Positions 1 to 8,271 of a DNA stretch of 32,000 nt are shown here, piece after piece. Position numbers and translations under genes: made by a program. The stretch lies in assembly GCF_000009705.1 (NCBI RefSeq), contig NC_003267.1, positions 30,001-62,000 on the forward strand. Direction: 5' to 3'. A model generated the notes under the pieces. That model worked only from the letters and a program-made list of their open reading frames with translations, ran no database searches and was not told the DNA's origin. The first letter of the stretch is position 1. The number at the start of each line of letters is the position of its first letter. Origin of the DNA: Nostoc sp. PCC 7120 = FACHB-418 (GTDB taxonomy: Bacteria > Cyanobacteriota > Cyanobacteriia > Cyanobacteriales > Nostocaceae).

Positions 1-298
1 ACCAACCAGATCCAATCCAACGAGCAAAATAAATTAAATTTACTCGGAATTCGTGAGAGCGCTGACTTCTCAATTGGGCTTGTTTTTGTTCAGCCTCAAT
101 CCATTGCTGAGATTCATTGAGTTTAGTCAAAGCTATTTGCGTAGCCCGAAGCCTGGCTTTATCTTCAATAATTTTGTGTGCCTTGACTTCAATAGTACGC
201 TTTTCATCGGCTATTCGGATGTTGACCCATTCTCCGATGTCGGCGGCAAGCTCATTAAAGGCGGTGGCGACGGGAATATCGGGGAAGTCTGCTTTTTT
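1..298 (-). CDS. Open -1-frame continuation of the 211..1032 ORF. It is partial, runs off the window start, and has no start codon of its own.
   Basis: My translation of the minus strand in the -1 frame relative to the 273-aa ORF is stop-free from about 298 to position 1. It reads (K)KADFPDIPVATAFNELAADIGEWVNIRIADEKRTIEVKAHKIIEDKARLRATQIALTKLNESQQWIEAEQKQAQLRSQRSHEFRVNLIYFARWIGSGW. The frame has no ATG or GTG, and the first in-frame TTG lies about 60 codons in. It looks more protein-like than the Pro/Ser-rich zero-frame tail. Confidence 0.45.
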
Positions 299-1032
299 CC
301 CATGACTTTGGCCTTAAATGCCTCTCGTAGTTGCTGCCACTCCTGTTGAAATTGGGGCGATTGCATTTCCTCTAATAAAGATTGCAAATACAACTTGGGC
401 AGTCCCGCCATATCACCTTTAGCTTTCTGTCGCACCATTTCTCTGATTAACTCTCGCTCCTCCTCACCTAATAAAGCGGTAGTATCCCCAAGCTCCTGCA
501 AAAGCGCATCAGTATCTATATCCCCTTCTGGCGTGGAATCATTGGTACTTAATCCAAAATGCTGCGCCACTTCCTCAACGGATTTACCTTGCTTTTTAAT
601 TAAATCACCAGCCTCAAGGAAGCGATCGCATTCAGCCTGAGAATATTCATCCTTTTCTGATAGCCCACAGGCTTGTAATACTTGCATTGTTTCTAGCAGG
701 CTGAGTTTAATCCCTTTGTCACGGGCCTTAGCTAGTAACTCAGTAGTATCAAGGGGTTTGGCAGCCTTCCTTTTCTTCTTACCTTCTGAAGCATCATTTT
801 CTGGGGTAGTGGATGTATCAGAGTTCTGTTGTTTGATTAACTCCACTGCTTGTTGAAAATCAACCGCCGCAATTTCTTCATCACCATACTCTTGTTTATC
901 CACAGGCAACCCGCAAACTTCCAAAGTTGCATTTACATCTTCTGTTGATAGAGCGTACATATTCTGTAACGCCTCTTTGGTATAAGGCATATTACCCTCA
1001 CTAATTAAATAATCCTTCAAAAGTGCCGTCAT
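211..1032 (-). CDS. Hypothetical acidic helical protein, third gene of the ParM-like operon (zero-frame product 273 aa)
   Basis: ORF track. It overlaps the upstream 150-aa ORF by 32 nt (same-strand coupling). The last ~30 residues (QTSPIFPSPPPLMSLPPTSENGSTSE) look like out-of-frame read-through. Confidence 0.5.
   Translation of the reverse strand: MTALLKDYLISEGNMPYTKEALQNMYALSTEDVNATLEVCGLPVDKQEYGDEEIAAVDFQQAVELIKQQNSDTSTTPENDASEGKKKRKAAKPLDTTELLAKARDKGIKLSLLETMQVLQACGLSEKDEYSQAECDRFLEAGDLIKKQGKSVEEVAQHFGLSTNDSTPEGDIDTDALLQELGDTTALLGEEERELIREMVRQKAKGDMAGLPKLYLQSLLEEMQSPQFQQEWQQLREAFKAKVMGKKQTSPIFPSPPPLMSLPPTSENGSTSE
292..298 (-). promoter_or_regulatory. Candidate -1 ribosomal frameshift heptamer A AAA AAG, or a homopolymer indel site
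   Basis: The minus strand reads atg gga aaa aag cag. In the zero frame this gives the X XXY YYZ pattern A AAA AAG. A -1 slip here joins exactly to the long open frame described for 1..298. Confidence 0.35.
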
Positions 1033-1453
1033 CTTCGTGATGTATCAACTGCTCTAAATCTGGCTGCGAAGCATGGTCTGATGCTTCAGGAGCAGTTAAT
1101 GGTTGCAAATCAAGCTCAACCTTTGGTGTTTTGATCACTGGTCGAATAGGTTTTGTAGCTGTGGCAGGTTGTAATACAGCATCTTCTAAATCCAGACCGA
1201 AACTTTCAACCAGATAGCTAATATGCAGCTTCAAGCGATAAACCGCGTTCTTAGCACACTGCTTTAATTCCTCATCTGAACACCCTGCATTCCTCATTGC
1301 AAACGGTAGCCAATAGGCGGACAGGGCAGAAAATAGTTTATCTCTCTCGCTAAGAACTAAATTTTCCTTGGCTTTGAGAAAGTTGACCAAGGCAACATTA
1401 GATTCTTGAGATTCCAAAGCAATACGGCATCGGTACTCGATTGGCTTATCCAT
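1001..1453 (-). CDS. Candidate ParR-like centromere-binding adaptor (hypothetical, 150 aa)
   Basis: It lies immediately downstream of the ParM-like gene and overlaps it by 8 nt. The N-terminus could form a strand-helix-helix. The tail is acidic (HHEDDGTFEGLFN). Assignment is by position only. Confidence 0.35.
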   Translation of the reverse strand: MDKPIEYRCRIALESQESNVALVNFLKAKENLVLSERDKLFSALSAYWLPFAMRNAGCSDEELKQCAKNAVYRLKLHISYLVESFGLDLEDAVLQPATATKPIRPVIKTPKVELDLQPLTAPEASDHASQPDLEQLIHHEDDGTFEGLFN

Positions 1454-2564
1454 TGGCAGTACCTACCTGTACTTTCTTTTGCCTCATACTGTTACCACAC
1501 AGGTAGAAAAATAATCCATAAACATCGGTTAATCGGTATTGCAGGGATTTGGCAGCCACTTGAGAGAAATTACTGGTGATTTGTGATTCCAAATGGTCAC
1601 ACCAGTTAACTGTAGTTGCCGAAAACAAGTTATTTAGTTGAGAGCGAAAATAGTGAGCAGTACCGCCACCAATAATCACTTCATCAACATCGCGGGGAAC
1701 TTGCAACTTTAACCAATTAGACAACATCATCCAGTATTCTTTTCTGCCGTTAGTCACAGCATTTCTAATTGTGGCTAACTCATGTTCTTTGTAAGCAGCA
1801 TCGACAACCGCCAATTCTTCTAGGGCTTTAGGATTAATATTTCGCCCAGCTTTGCAAATCGCCGCCGTTAACTGATGGGCATTTAAGCCGGATGTTTGCG
1901 CCATTACCGATTCAATCATTTTGGAGAATCCCAAAGGTTCTGTTTTCCCCTTGCTCATTTCCCCGCGTTCAATCACTAGGATAGAAGTATCCCGGTATCC
2001 CAGCATGATCACAGCAATGGTCTGGTCTTTGATACTAGAACCAGGGGCGCGACCTCTAGTTAGGATACCTCCACCTTCCGGTAAGCAGATAAAAGCATCC
2101 ACTACAAAGGATTTGGACTGTTCTTTGAACTTATAATCAGCTAATGCTTTGGTGATTAGCTCCCCAAATAAGGCCCTATCTTGGTACTCACCCCACGGAA
2201 GTAAAATACCTAATCTGATTGAGGAGTTATTTGGTAACTCATGTTTATCTGCGATCGCTCCTACCATCGCCAAGACTTTAGGTAAAGCTAGTTCAAACTT
2301 GCGGCGTTGCAATTGCAAATCTGCATTAAAGCGCTTCCTCGCTAGAAAGCCGACAGCTTGGAAGTTGTTTTGATATTCAATCCAAGCACTATTCTCAGGG
2401 GAAGAGCTACCCACTTTACTTTGTTCATAAGCTTGTAAACTTTCTAGAGGGACTGTAGCGACTTCCGGCTCCATCAAAATCAGTTCTGGTTTAAAGCTTT
2501 CCAAGGTGTAAAAACATTTGAGAAACGAACCACCCGGATCTACTGCCAGCGTTAATGGGTTCAT
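1446..2564 (-). CDS. Actin-like ATPase of the ParM/StbA superfamily (cassette 1)
   Basis: Phosphate-1-like motif LAVDPGGSFLK (DxGxxxxK), ICLPEGGG, and an adenosine-type motif VIIGGGTAHYF. The track ORF starts at TTG 2603. ATG 2564 (MNPLTLAVDPGG) is the more plausible start. Confidence 0.65.
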   Translation of the reverse strand: MNPLTLAVDPGGSFLKCFYTLESFKPELILMEPEVATVPLESLQAYEQSKVGSSSPENSAWIEYQNNFQAVGFLARKRFNADLQLQRRKFELALPKVLAMVGAIADKHELPNNSSIRLGILLPWGEYQDRALFGELITKALADYKFKEQSKSFVVDAFICLPEGGGILTRGRAPGSSIKDQTIAVIMLGYRDTSILVIERGEMSKGKTEPLGFSKMIESVMAQTSGLNAHQLTAAICKAGRNINPKALEELAVVDAAYKEHELATIRNAVTNGRKEYWMMLSNWLKLQVPRDVDEVIIGGGTAHYFRSQLNNLFSATTVNWCDHLESQITSNFSQVAAKSLQYRLTDVYGLFFYLCGNSMRQKKVQVGTANG

Positions 2565-2624
2565 AAAATTTGATGACTCAGTAGATGAAAATCTTGGTAA
2601 CAAAACACATCAGCGTGCGATGCC

Positions 2625-2800
2625 AGTTTTATGTGAAATCTATGGTAAACTCTCGTGCAAATCATGTTAATACTATGTGAAAACCATGTCATTTTTATGG
2701 GAACTCTAAATTTCTTAACATGGAAGCAATGTTAAATCCTTGGTAAAACTATGGCAGTTTCACGGCAAATTCATGTCAGTTTTATGTGAAAACCATGTCA
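2625..2800. repeat. Iterated CATG-core repeats upstream of the ParM-like gene; candidate parC-type centromere/operator
   Basis: A perfect 17-nt direct repeat atgtgaaaaccatgtca occurs at 2675-2691 and 2784-2800. Degenerate copies: atgtgaaatctatggta at 2631, aaatcatgtta at about 2659, aaaactatggca at about 2745, aaattcatgtca at about 2767. ttttatgtgaaa occurs at 2627 and 2780. Confidence 0.5.
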
Positions 2801-2911
2801 CCCCAAAAAAATAAACTTTTCGCACAGTACGCAAAAAAGTTTTGCCAGAAAAAAGCACTTGTTTTAAAATTTATTTGGGCAGAAAAATTATGTATTAACT
2901 AATATAAAGTT

Positions 2912-3499
2912 TTGAATTACCTAACACTACAGAAAGTAACCTCAACGCTTTTGAAGACCCAAGCGCATCAAATGATGTCGATGTGTTATTGGGTAAATAG
3001 CCGTTACTGGAGTAGTCAAGCATTAGCCAGAAACACATCTTCGGCTGATGTGGTGATTCGGGTAGCTGATTTCCAACAAGTTAACTGGGTAGGGTTTAAT
3101 TTTTGTAAATACCATAAACAGGCAGTAGAAATATTTCAGATATTGCCTAATAGTGAAAAATTCTTTTGTGAGCTAAAGCCCAACCGTTGCGCCTCATTTA
3201 AAGTGTGGTGTGTTGATGAAATTCACTTTGAAAACTTAATAAGCGGACTCAACAATTATGCAGATATAGAACTTGAATTTATCATCAGCAATCCTCATCA
3301 AATACCTGAACTGTTCCAACCTTTAAACCTGACATTCTACGAAAGGAGCATAAGAGAGCAGAGGATGCAGGGGATGCAGGGGAAGAAAGCTTTTAAAACT
3401 AGCAAAACTAAAGAAGAAAAGAATAGTTTGTTAGAAACTCTTGCTCCCCCATCTACCCTCGCTCCCCCTGCTTTCTTCTCAGGAGGCGGAGGATGTTAA
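2912..3499 (+). CDS. Hypothetical protein upstream of the relaxase (possible relaxosome accessory protein). Its C-terminus is encoded by a repeat element.
   Basis: ORF track (TTG start; alternative ATG at 2972). It overlaps the relaxase start by 7 nt. The last ~40 residues derive from the G-rich inverted-repeat element at 3355-3480. I recognised no motif. Confidence 0.3.
   Translation: MNYLTLQKVTSTLLKTQAHQMMSMCYWVNSRYWSSQALARNTSSADVVIRVADFQQVNWVGFNFCKYHKQAVEIFQILPNSEKFFCELKPNRCASFKVWCVDEIHFENLISGLNNYADIELEFIISNPHQIPELFQPLNLTFYERSIREQRMQGMQGKKAFKTSKTKEEKNSLLETLAPPSTLAPPAFFSGGGGC
3355..3480. repeat. G-rich/C-rich inverted-repeat (hairpin) element, degenerate copy
   Basis: The left arm gagcagaggatgcaggggatgcaggggaagaaagc and the right arm gctcccccatctaccctcgctccccctgctttcttctc are imperfectly complementary, with an AT-rich spacer between them. 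The element ends 1 nt before the relaxase Shine-Dalgarno GGAGG (3482-3486). Confidence 0.55.
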
Positions 3500-6400
3500 C
3501 AGGAAAGAATACAGAACCCCAGCAAGCAGTACATTACTTCATGGAAGGGTATTACCAAGAAGGTACTTCACGCTGGTCTGGTAAAGGTGCGAAGAAATTA
3601 GGATTATCAGGAGCGGTTGATCATCAAGAAACATTTTCTAACATAGTCAATGGGCGATCGCCTGATGGCAGCCAAAACCTCTGTGCCAGAAAGTTAGACT
3701 CTTCACAACGACGAGCAGCAACAGACTTTACTTTCTCTGCACCGAAGAGTGTTAGTTTGCAAGCGTTGGTAGGTGGGGATGAACGGCTGATTACTGCCCA
3801 TCAGTTAGCAGTGCAAAAAACCATTAAACTGATTGAAGAACGTTATAGCTACACCAGAGCCACAACCGAGAAAGGGCAAGAACTTCTCCCAACTAATAAC
3901 CTAGTCATCGCCGAGTTTGACCACATTGAAACCAGGGAACTAGACCCGCATCTCCACACCCATGCTTTGGTCATGAATATGACCTATCTAGAGCAGGGGA
4001 AGCGGGGGGTGCAGGGGAAGCAGGGGGAGAAGAAAAAAGCAGAAGAAGATGAAGAAGACTGGAAAAACTTTCTTTCTTCCCCTGCCTCCCCAACCTCCCC
4101 TGCCTCCCCTGCTCATGGCTCGTGGTACAGTCTTTTCAATGATGAGATATTTAAAAACAAGAAATTTCTGGGCATGGTGTACCAGAACTACCTAGCTCTT
4201 GAAGTACAAAAGCTAGGTTACGAGGTAAAAGCAAGAGAACATGGGCAGTTTGAAATTAAAGGCTTTCGAGATGAGGATTTAAGAGAGTTTTCTAAACGAC
4301 GGCAGCAGATATTAAGTGCAGCAGGCGAAAACGCAACTTGGGCAGAGCGTGAAGCGGCTTGGACTGCCACCCGTAATATCAAGCAGAAAATCAACCCTAC
4401 GGAATTGAAAGTCAAGTGGCGAGAGGAAGCGGCGGCATTAGGTGTGAAGTTTGTACAACCTATTGAGGCGCAACCTCTGCTACAACCCCGGTTAGTGAGT
4501 TATGAAAATTTAGAGGATGCGATCGCTCACTGCTCAGAAAGAAATGTTGCTTTCACCCAGGAAGATTTGGAGAAATTCATTCTCAATCAAGGTTTAGCTA
4601 CAGATGTCAGCCAAATTGAGCCGCTAGTGCAAGCCAATCCCGAATTACTCAGCCTATCTCAGCAAAAGCGCGATTTTACAACCTTGGCAGCAGTCAATCG
4701 AGAACTGGCAACTATTAAACTAATGCAGTCTGGACAAGGTAAAGTTAGCCCTCTCGCCCACCCGGAAGTAGTTGAAAACCATTTGGAAACAACTGCTTTG
4801 AACCCAGATCAGCGTCGAGCGGTACTGACAACAGCAACCACAACAGACCAATTTACGGCATGGCAAGGGGTAGCTGGTGCTGGTAAAACTTTCGCTCTCA
4901 AGGAATTGAAGGAAATTGCCGCCGCATCGGGCTACACCATTAAAGGCTTTGCTCCCAATTCGATGGCGGCTAAAGTCCTGAGTCAAGAGCTAGATGTTCA
5001 AGCTGAGACTGTTGCTAGATTGCTAGTTTCTGAACTACCCCTAGAGATTGAACTCAATCAAATTTGGGTAGTGGATGAAGCAGGGTTACTGAGTGCTAAA
5101 GATGCCCTTGCCCTTTTAGAACGAGCAGCCCTTGAGCAAGCCAGAGTTTTGTTAGTGGGGGACACAAAACAGTTATCAGCAGTAGAAGCTGGCAACCCGT
5201 TCAAGTCTCTGCAACAGGCGGGAATTAAAACCAGCCACTTAAACGAATCGAATAGACAACGTGCGCCGAAGCTGAAATTGGCAGTAGACTTGATTGCTGA
5301 TGGTCAAATTGAGGAAGGATTTAAGCGTTTGGATGAAAACGGTTGTATCCAGACTGTAACGGCAGAATCCAAAATTGCGGCGATCGCTCATGAGTATGTG
5401 ACAGCTACACCCGAACAAAGAGCGCGAACCCTAGTATTAACGGGAACCAATAAGGAGCGTTTGGCAATTACGCAAGCGATTCGGGAGCATTTGAGAACTG
5501 AAGGTAGTTTAGGGACTGCGACCACCATCACCCAACTGCAAGCTAAAGACCTTACATCGGTACAGATGCGCTACACCCACAACTTTGAATTGGGTGATGT
5601 GGTTATGCCCACTCGCAGTTACAAGCGCCGGGGGCTGGAGAAAGGTCAGCTATATAAAGTAGTGGGTAAGGATGGTGACGGACTAAAGCTTGAAGCTTCC
5701 AATGGACAGCACTTTCAAGTAGACACAGGTTTTAATAAAGCAGTTTACCACCGTCAAAATATTGAAGTTGCCGTGGGCGATCGCCTACGCTGGACAAAAA
5801 ACGATCGTCAATTAGGACGACGCAACGGTCAGGAGTTTGTAGTTAAGGCCATTGCTGGTTCTAACGCTCAAATCGAGTATTTACATAGCGGTCAAACTGA
5901 ATTTATCAACCTACAACAAGCCCAACACCTGGATTATGCAACAGTCAGCACTACGTACAGTAGCCAGGGCAAAACGGCAGACCGAGTGCTGATAGCGGCG
6001 GATTACACTATTGGGCAAGAAAGCTTTTATGTTGCAGTTAGCCGTGCTAGGTATGAATTAAAACTGTACACGGAAAATAAAGACGATTTACTAGCCCTGG
6101 CGCAATCAAGTAGGGCTAAGGAAAATGCACTGGCGCTACTACGGCAGAAAGAATTAGAGAAGCAACGCCAGTCAAAACTAGAGAAAGAAAAGGTTACATC
6201 TACTGCGATTGTAGCGAAGGAAGCGCGAAGCCCAGGAGCAGGGCAGCAGGGGAGCGGCGGAGCAGAGGAGAAATCTTATACTAATTCTTCCCCTCTGCCC
6301 AATTCTTCCACTCTGCCCCCCAGCATCTCTGCCCCTTTACCTACTTCTACCTCCAAACCTGTTATTAAAAAACCAGTCCCTAAAGCAGCACAGCCAAAGG

Positions 6401-7992
6401 TAGCATTTTGGACTCCAGATCATGTGGCTGAAGTACCTGAACAGCTAGACTGCCAACACTGGCAAGAACTGGTATTTGGTAGTGCCATTCACCCTCTATT
6501 TGCTGCCTGTAACTTTAAAAGTCTGCACCAAACCAGAGATTGGGAGCATGAGGCTTGGGAATATCTCATGTACAGTGACCATCTGCCACGCACGAATACA
6601 GGTAGGTTATCGTCGGGAATCATGAGTAAGTATACTCATATTGAAGATGGCGGCTGGTGGTGTGATGCTGGCGTTAATCCCAAGTCTTTTGCTAACTTAC
6701 AGCCTGGGGATAAACCTGATAGAACATTGTGGGGATGCTACAAACCCAATAATCCTAGAGAGAAGGCAGACAAACCCGGCAAATTCATTAAGTATGAACA
6801 TCCGCCCAAAACTGAACTTAGTATTTTCTTGCTTGATGTACCGGATGAGGTAGCAGACCGTATCTATGAAAAACATGGGGTACAGCCAAGCGACAGCGAT
6901 CGCGCCTCTGGGTTCTGGTATTGTGTTTGGAAATATAACCTCCCAGTCACGATCACTGAGGGAGCCAAGAAAGCTGCCAGTCTGTTAAGCCAAGGTCATG
7001 CTGCAATTGGACTACCCGGAATTTATGCTGGTTATTGCAGTAAGGATGAGCTTGGGGAAAAGGTGAAAGCTAGACTCATGGACGAGTTAGCTGTTTTCGC
7101 CACACCAGGACGTGAAATGACTTTCTGCTTTGATTACGAGACGCGACCGGAAACGAAGCAGAACATAGAGATTGCTATCTCACGCACTGGTGGGCTACTG
7201 GAGGAACAGGGGGCTAAGGTCAAAGTTGTAACTTTGTTAGGGCCGGATAAGGGGGTTGATGATTTAATTGTGTCTCAGGGGCCACTGGCATACGAGAATG
7301 TATATTACGAAGCATCAACCCTCAAAGCATGGCGAGATAACAATAATCAACAACGACATACCCCACCAGCCCCGCCCAAAAAATTAAGCGACTTTGAACG
7401 AAAACAACGACTTCAAGAGCGTTTTTCAAATCAAGCGACTCAATCAGCATTTAAGAAAGTAATTGATGGACTGACTAACCAAGAGCTACTGTATTTAGAA
7501 CAAGCTGTTAAGGAGTATTTTTCAGAGACAGTAGCACAAGTGCCGCCTCCAATTGATAGGCCAACTATTGAAAGTCAAATTAGCCAGTTACAACAACAAC
7601 TTGATAGCTTGTGGATAAAACACACCCAACAAGAGAAATCTATCAGAACGATGGAGCTTATTCCGCTTCATCAGTTGAGCAATAAGTATGAGTTAATGTT
7701 AAATCAGCAATTAGAGACTATCGGCACTATCAAAGAATTATTTACTCAGAAACAGCAATTAGAATTAGATATATCCCAATGGGAAATCCAGGTTCAAAAG
7801 CATGAAACCTGGAAGAGAGAACCGAAAACTATAGAGATGAGTACCATTTATAATTTACTCAAAACTCCTCAATTACAAGAGCGTTTAACAACCATTAAAG
7901 AGACACAAAAACAGAGAGAACGAGAAGTTAAAGCTAAATTGACTATATCCCGTCAACCATCTCCACAACCGAGACGAGGTTTTAGAAGATAA
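3493..7992 (+). CDS. trwC: Multidomain conjugative relaxase: TrwC/TraI-type (MobF) relaxase + RecD-like helicase + Toprim/DUF3854-like domain + coiled-coil tail
   Basis: GGAGG lies 6 nt upstream of the ATG. Relaxase motifs: YFMEGYY (catalytic Tyr pair), DFTFSAPKSVSLQALVGGD, HIETRELDPHLHTHALVMNMT (His triad). These closely match my recollection of R388 TrwC. Helicase motifs: Walker A GVAGAGKTF (about 4867), Walker B VVDEAGL (about 5068), TTYSSQGKTADRV and VAVSRAR. C-terminal domain (about 6410-7300): ITEGAKKA and GVDDLI, Toprim-like acidic motifs. The tail from 7300 to 7992 is Gln-rich and helical. Confidence 0.9.
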   Translation: MLTGKNTEPQQAVHYFMEGYYQEGTSRWSGKGAKKLGLSGAVDHQETFSNIVNGRSPDGSQNLCARKLDSSQRRAATDFTFSAPKSVSLQALVGGDERLITAHQLAVQKTIKLIEERYSYTRATTEKGQELLPTNNLVIAEFDHIETRELDPHLHTHALVMNMTYLEQGKRGVQGKQGEKKKAEEDEEDWKNFLSSPASPTSPASPAHGSWYSLFNDEIFKNKKFLGMVYQNYLALEVQKLGYEVKAREHGQFEIKGFRDEDLREFSKRRQQILSAAGENATWAEREAAWTATRNIKQKINPTELKVKWREEAAALGVKFVQPIEAQPLLQPRLVSYENLEDAIAHCSERNVAFTQEDLEKFILNQGLATDVSQIEPLVQANPELLSLSQQKRDFTTLAAVNRELATIKLMQSGQGKVSPLAHPEVVENHLETTALNPDQRRAVLTTATTTDQFTAWQGVAGAGKTFALKELKEIAAASGYTIKGFAPNSMAAKVLSQELDVQAETVARLLVSELPLEIELNQIWVVDEAGLLSAKDALALLERAALEQARVLLVGDTKQLSAVEAGNPFKSLQQAGIKTSHLNESNRQRAPKLKLAVDLIADGQIEEGFKRLDENGCIQTVTAESKIAAIAHEYVTATPEQRARTLVLTGTNKERLAITQAIREHLRTEGSLGTATTITQLQAKDLTSVQMRYTHNFELGDVVMPTRSYKRRGLEKGQLYKVVGKDGDGLKLEASNGQHFQVDTGFNKAVYHRQNIEVAVGDRLRWTKNDRQLGRRNGQEFVVKAIAGSNAQIEYLHSGQTEFINLQQAQHLDYATVSTTYSSQGKTADRVLIAADYTIGQESFYVAVSRARYELKLYTENKDDLLALAQSSRAKENALALLRQKELEKQRQSKLEKEKVTSTAIVAKEARSPGAGQQGSGGAEEKSYTNSSPLPNSSTLPPSISAPLPTSTSKPVIKKPVPKAAQPKVAFWTPDHVAEVPEQLDCQHWQELVFGSAIHPLFAACNFKSLHQTRDWEHEAWEYLMYSDHLPRTNTGRLSSGIMSKYTHIEDGGWWCDAGVNPKSFANLQPGDKPDRTLWGCYKPNNPREKADKPGKFIKYEHPPKTELSIFLLDVPDEVADRIYEKHGVQPSDSDRASGFWYCVWKYNLPVTITEGAKKAASLLSQGHAAIGLPGIYAGYCSKDELGEKVKARLMDELAVFATPGREMTFCFDYETRPETKQNIEIAISRTGGLLEEQGAKVKVVTLLGPDKGVDDLIVSQGPLAYENVYYEASTLKAWRDNNNQQRHTPPAPPKKLSDFERKQRLQERFSNQATQSAFKKVIDGLTNQELLYLEQAVKEYFSETVAQVPPPIDRPTIESQISQLQQQLDSLWIKHTQQEKSIRTMELIPLHQLSNKYELMLNQQLETIGTIKELFTQKQQLELDISQWEIQVQKHETWKREPKTIEMSTIYNLLKTPQLQERLTTIKETQKQREREVKAKLTISRQPSPQPRRGFRR
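3991..4114. repeat. G-rich inverted-repeat element inserted in-frame in the relaxase catalytic domain
   Basis: Left arm: gagcaggggaagcggggggtgcaggggaagcagggggagaagaaa. The reverse complement of the right arm is gagcaggggaggcaggggaggttggggaggcaggggaagaaagaaag. The purine-rich spacer encodes KKAEEDEEDW. The ORF stays open across the element. Confidence 0.75.
6235..6335. repeat. G-rich inverted-repeat element, in-frame, at the helicase/Toprim domain junction of the relaxase
   Basis: The sequence gcaggggagcggcggagcagaggagaaatcttatactaattcttcccctctgcccaattcttccactctgcccccc forms arms around the loop atcttatactaa. Positions 6261-6305 are identical over 45 nt to 31291-31335. Confidence 0.75.
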
Positions 7993-7995
7993 ATA

Positions 7996-8265
7996 GAAGC
8001 CAGAAGGCAGAAGTCAGGAGTCAGGAATCAGAAGTCAAGAGCCAGAATAATCTAACTATAAAGGGATAGAGTTTTAATCAGGAATCATGTTTGATTTAAT
8101 CAAAACAGAATTCAGGAACCAGTCGTCAAAATTCAGAATTGAATTCTGTATGGCTGACGGATGAATAAGTGGGTTTAAGACCCAGAGCAAATCTTTGATT
8201 TAGTCTTGGGTTTGAATCCCCTACTAATTGATTCTGACTCCTGAATTCTGACTTCTGAATTCTTC
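7996..8265. repeat. AT-rich GAATTCAGAA/TCAGGAGTCAGAA-armed repeat element (MITE-like), copy A, between convergent genes
   Basis: The left arm gaagccagaaggcagaagtcaggagtcaggaatcagaagtcaagagccagaat is complementary in pattern to the right arm attctgactcctgaattctgacttctgaattcttc. Three internal blocks (8098-8115, 8154-8179, 8226-8265) recur in inverted order at 21734-21910. Confidence 0.7.
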
Positions 8266-8271
8266 ATCAAA

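Noticed and set aside
53-349. Plus-strand ORFs 53..349 and 117..305
   Set aside because: They lie antisense to the minus-strand coding frames (the 273-aa ORF tail and its -1 continuation). They have no RBS, are Cys/Ser/Leu-rich, and look like shadow ORFs.
8208-8221. tRNA T-arm-like sequence gggtttgaatcccc inside repeat copy A (possible tRNA gene or att remnant)
   Set aside because: Only a 3-bp stem can form. I could build no acceptor, D or anticodon arms in the flanking 90 nt. The segment is not conserved in the inverted copy B.
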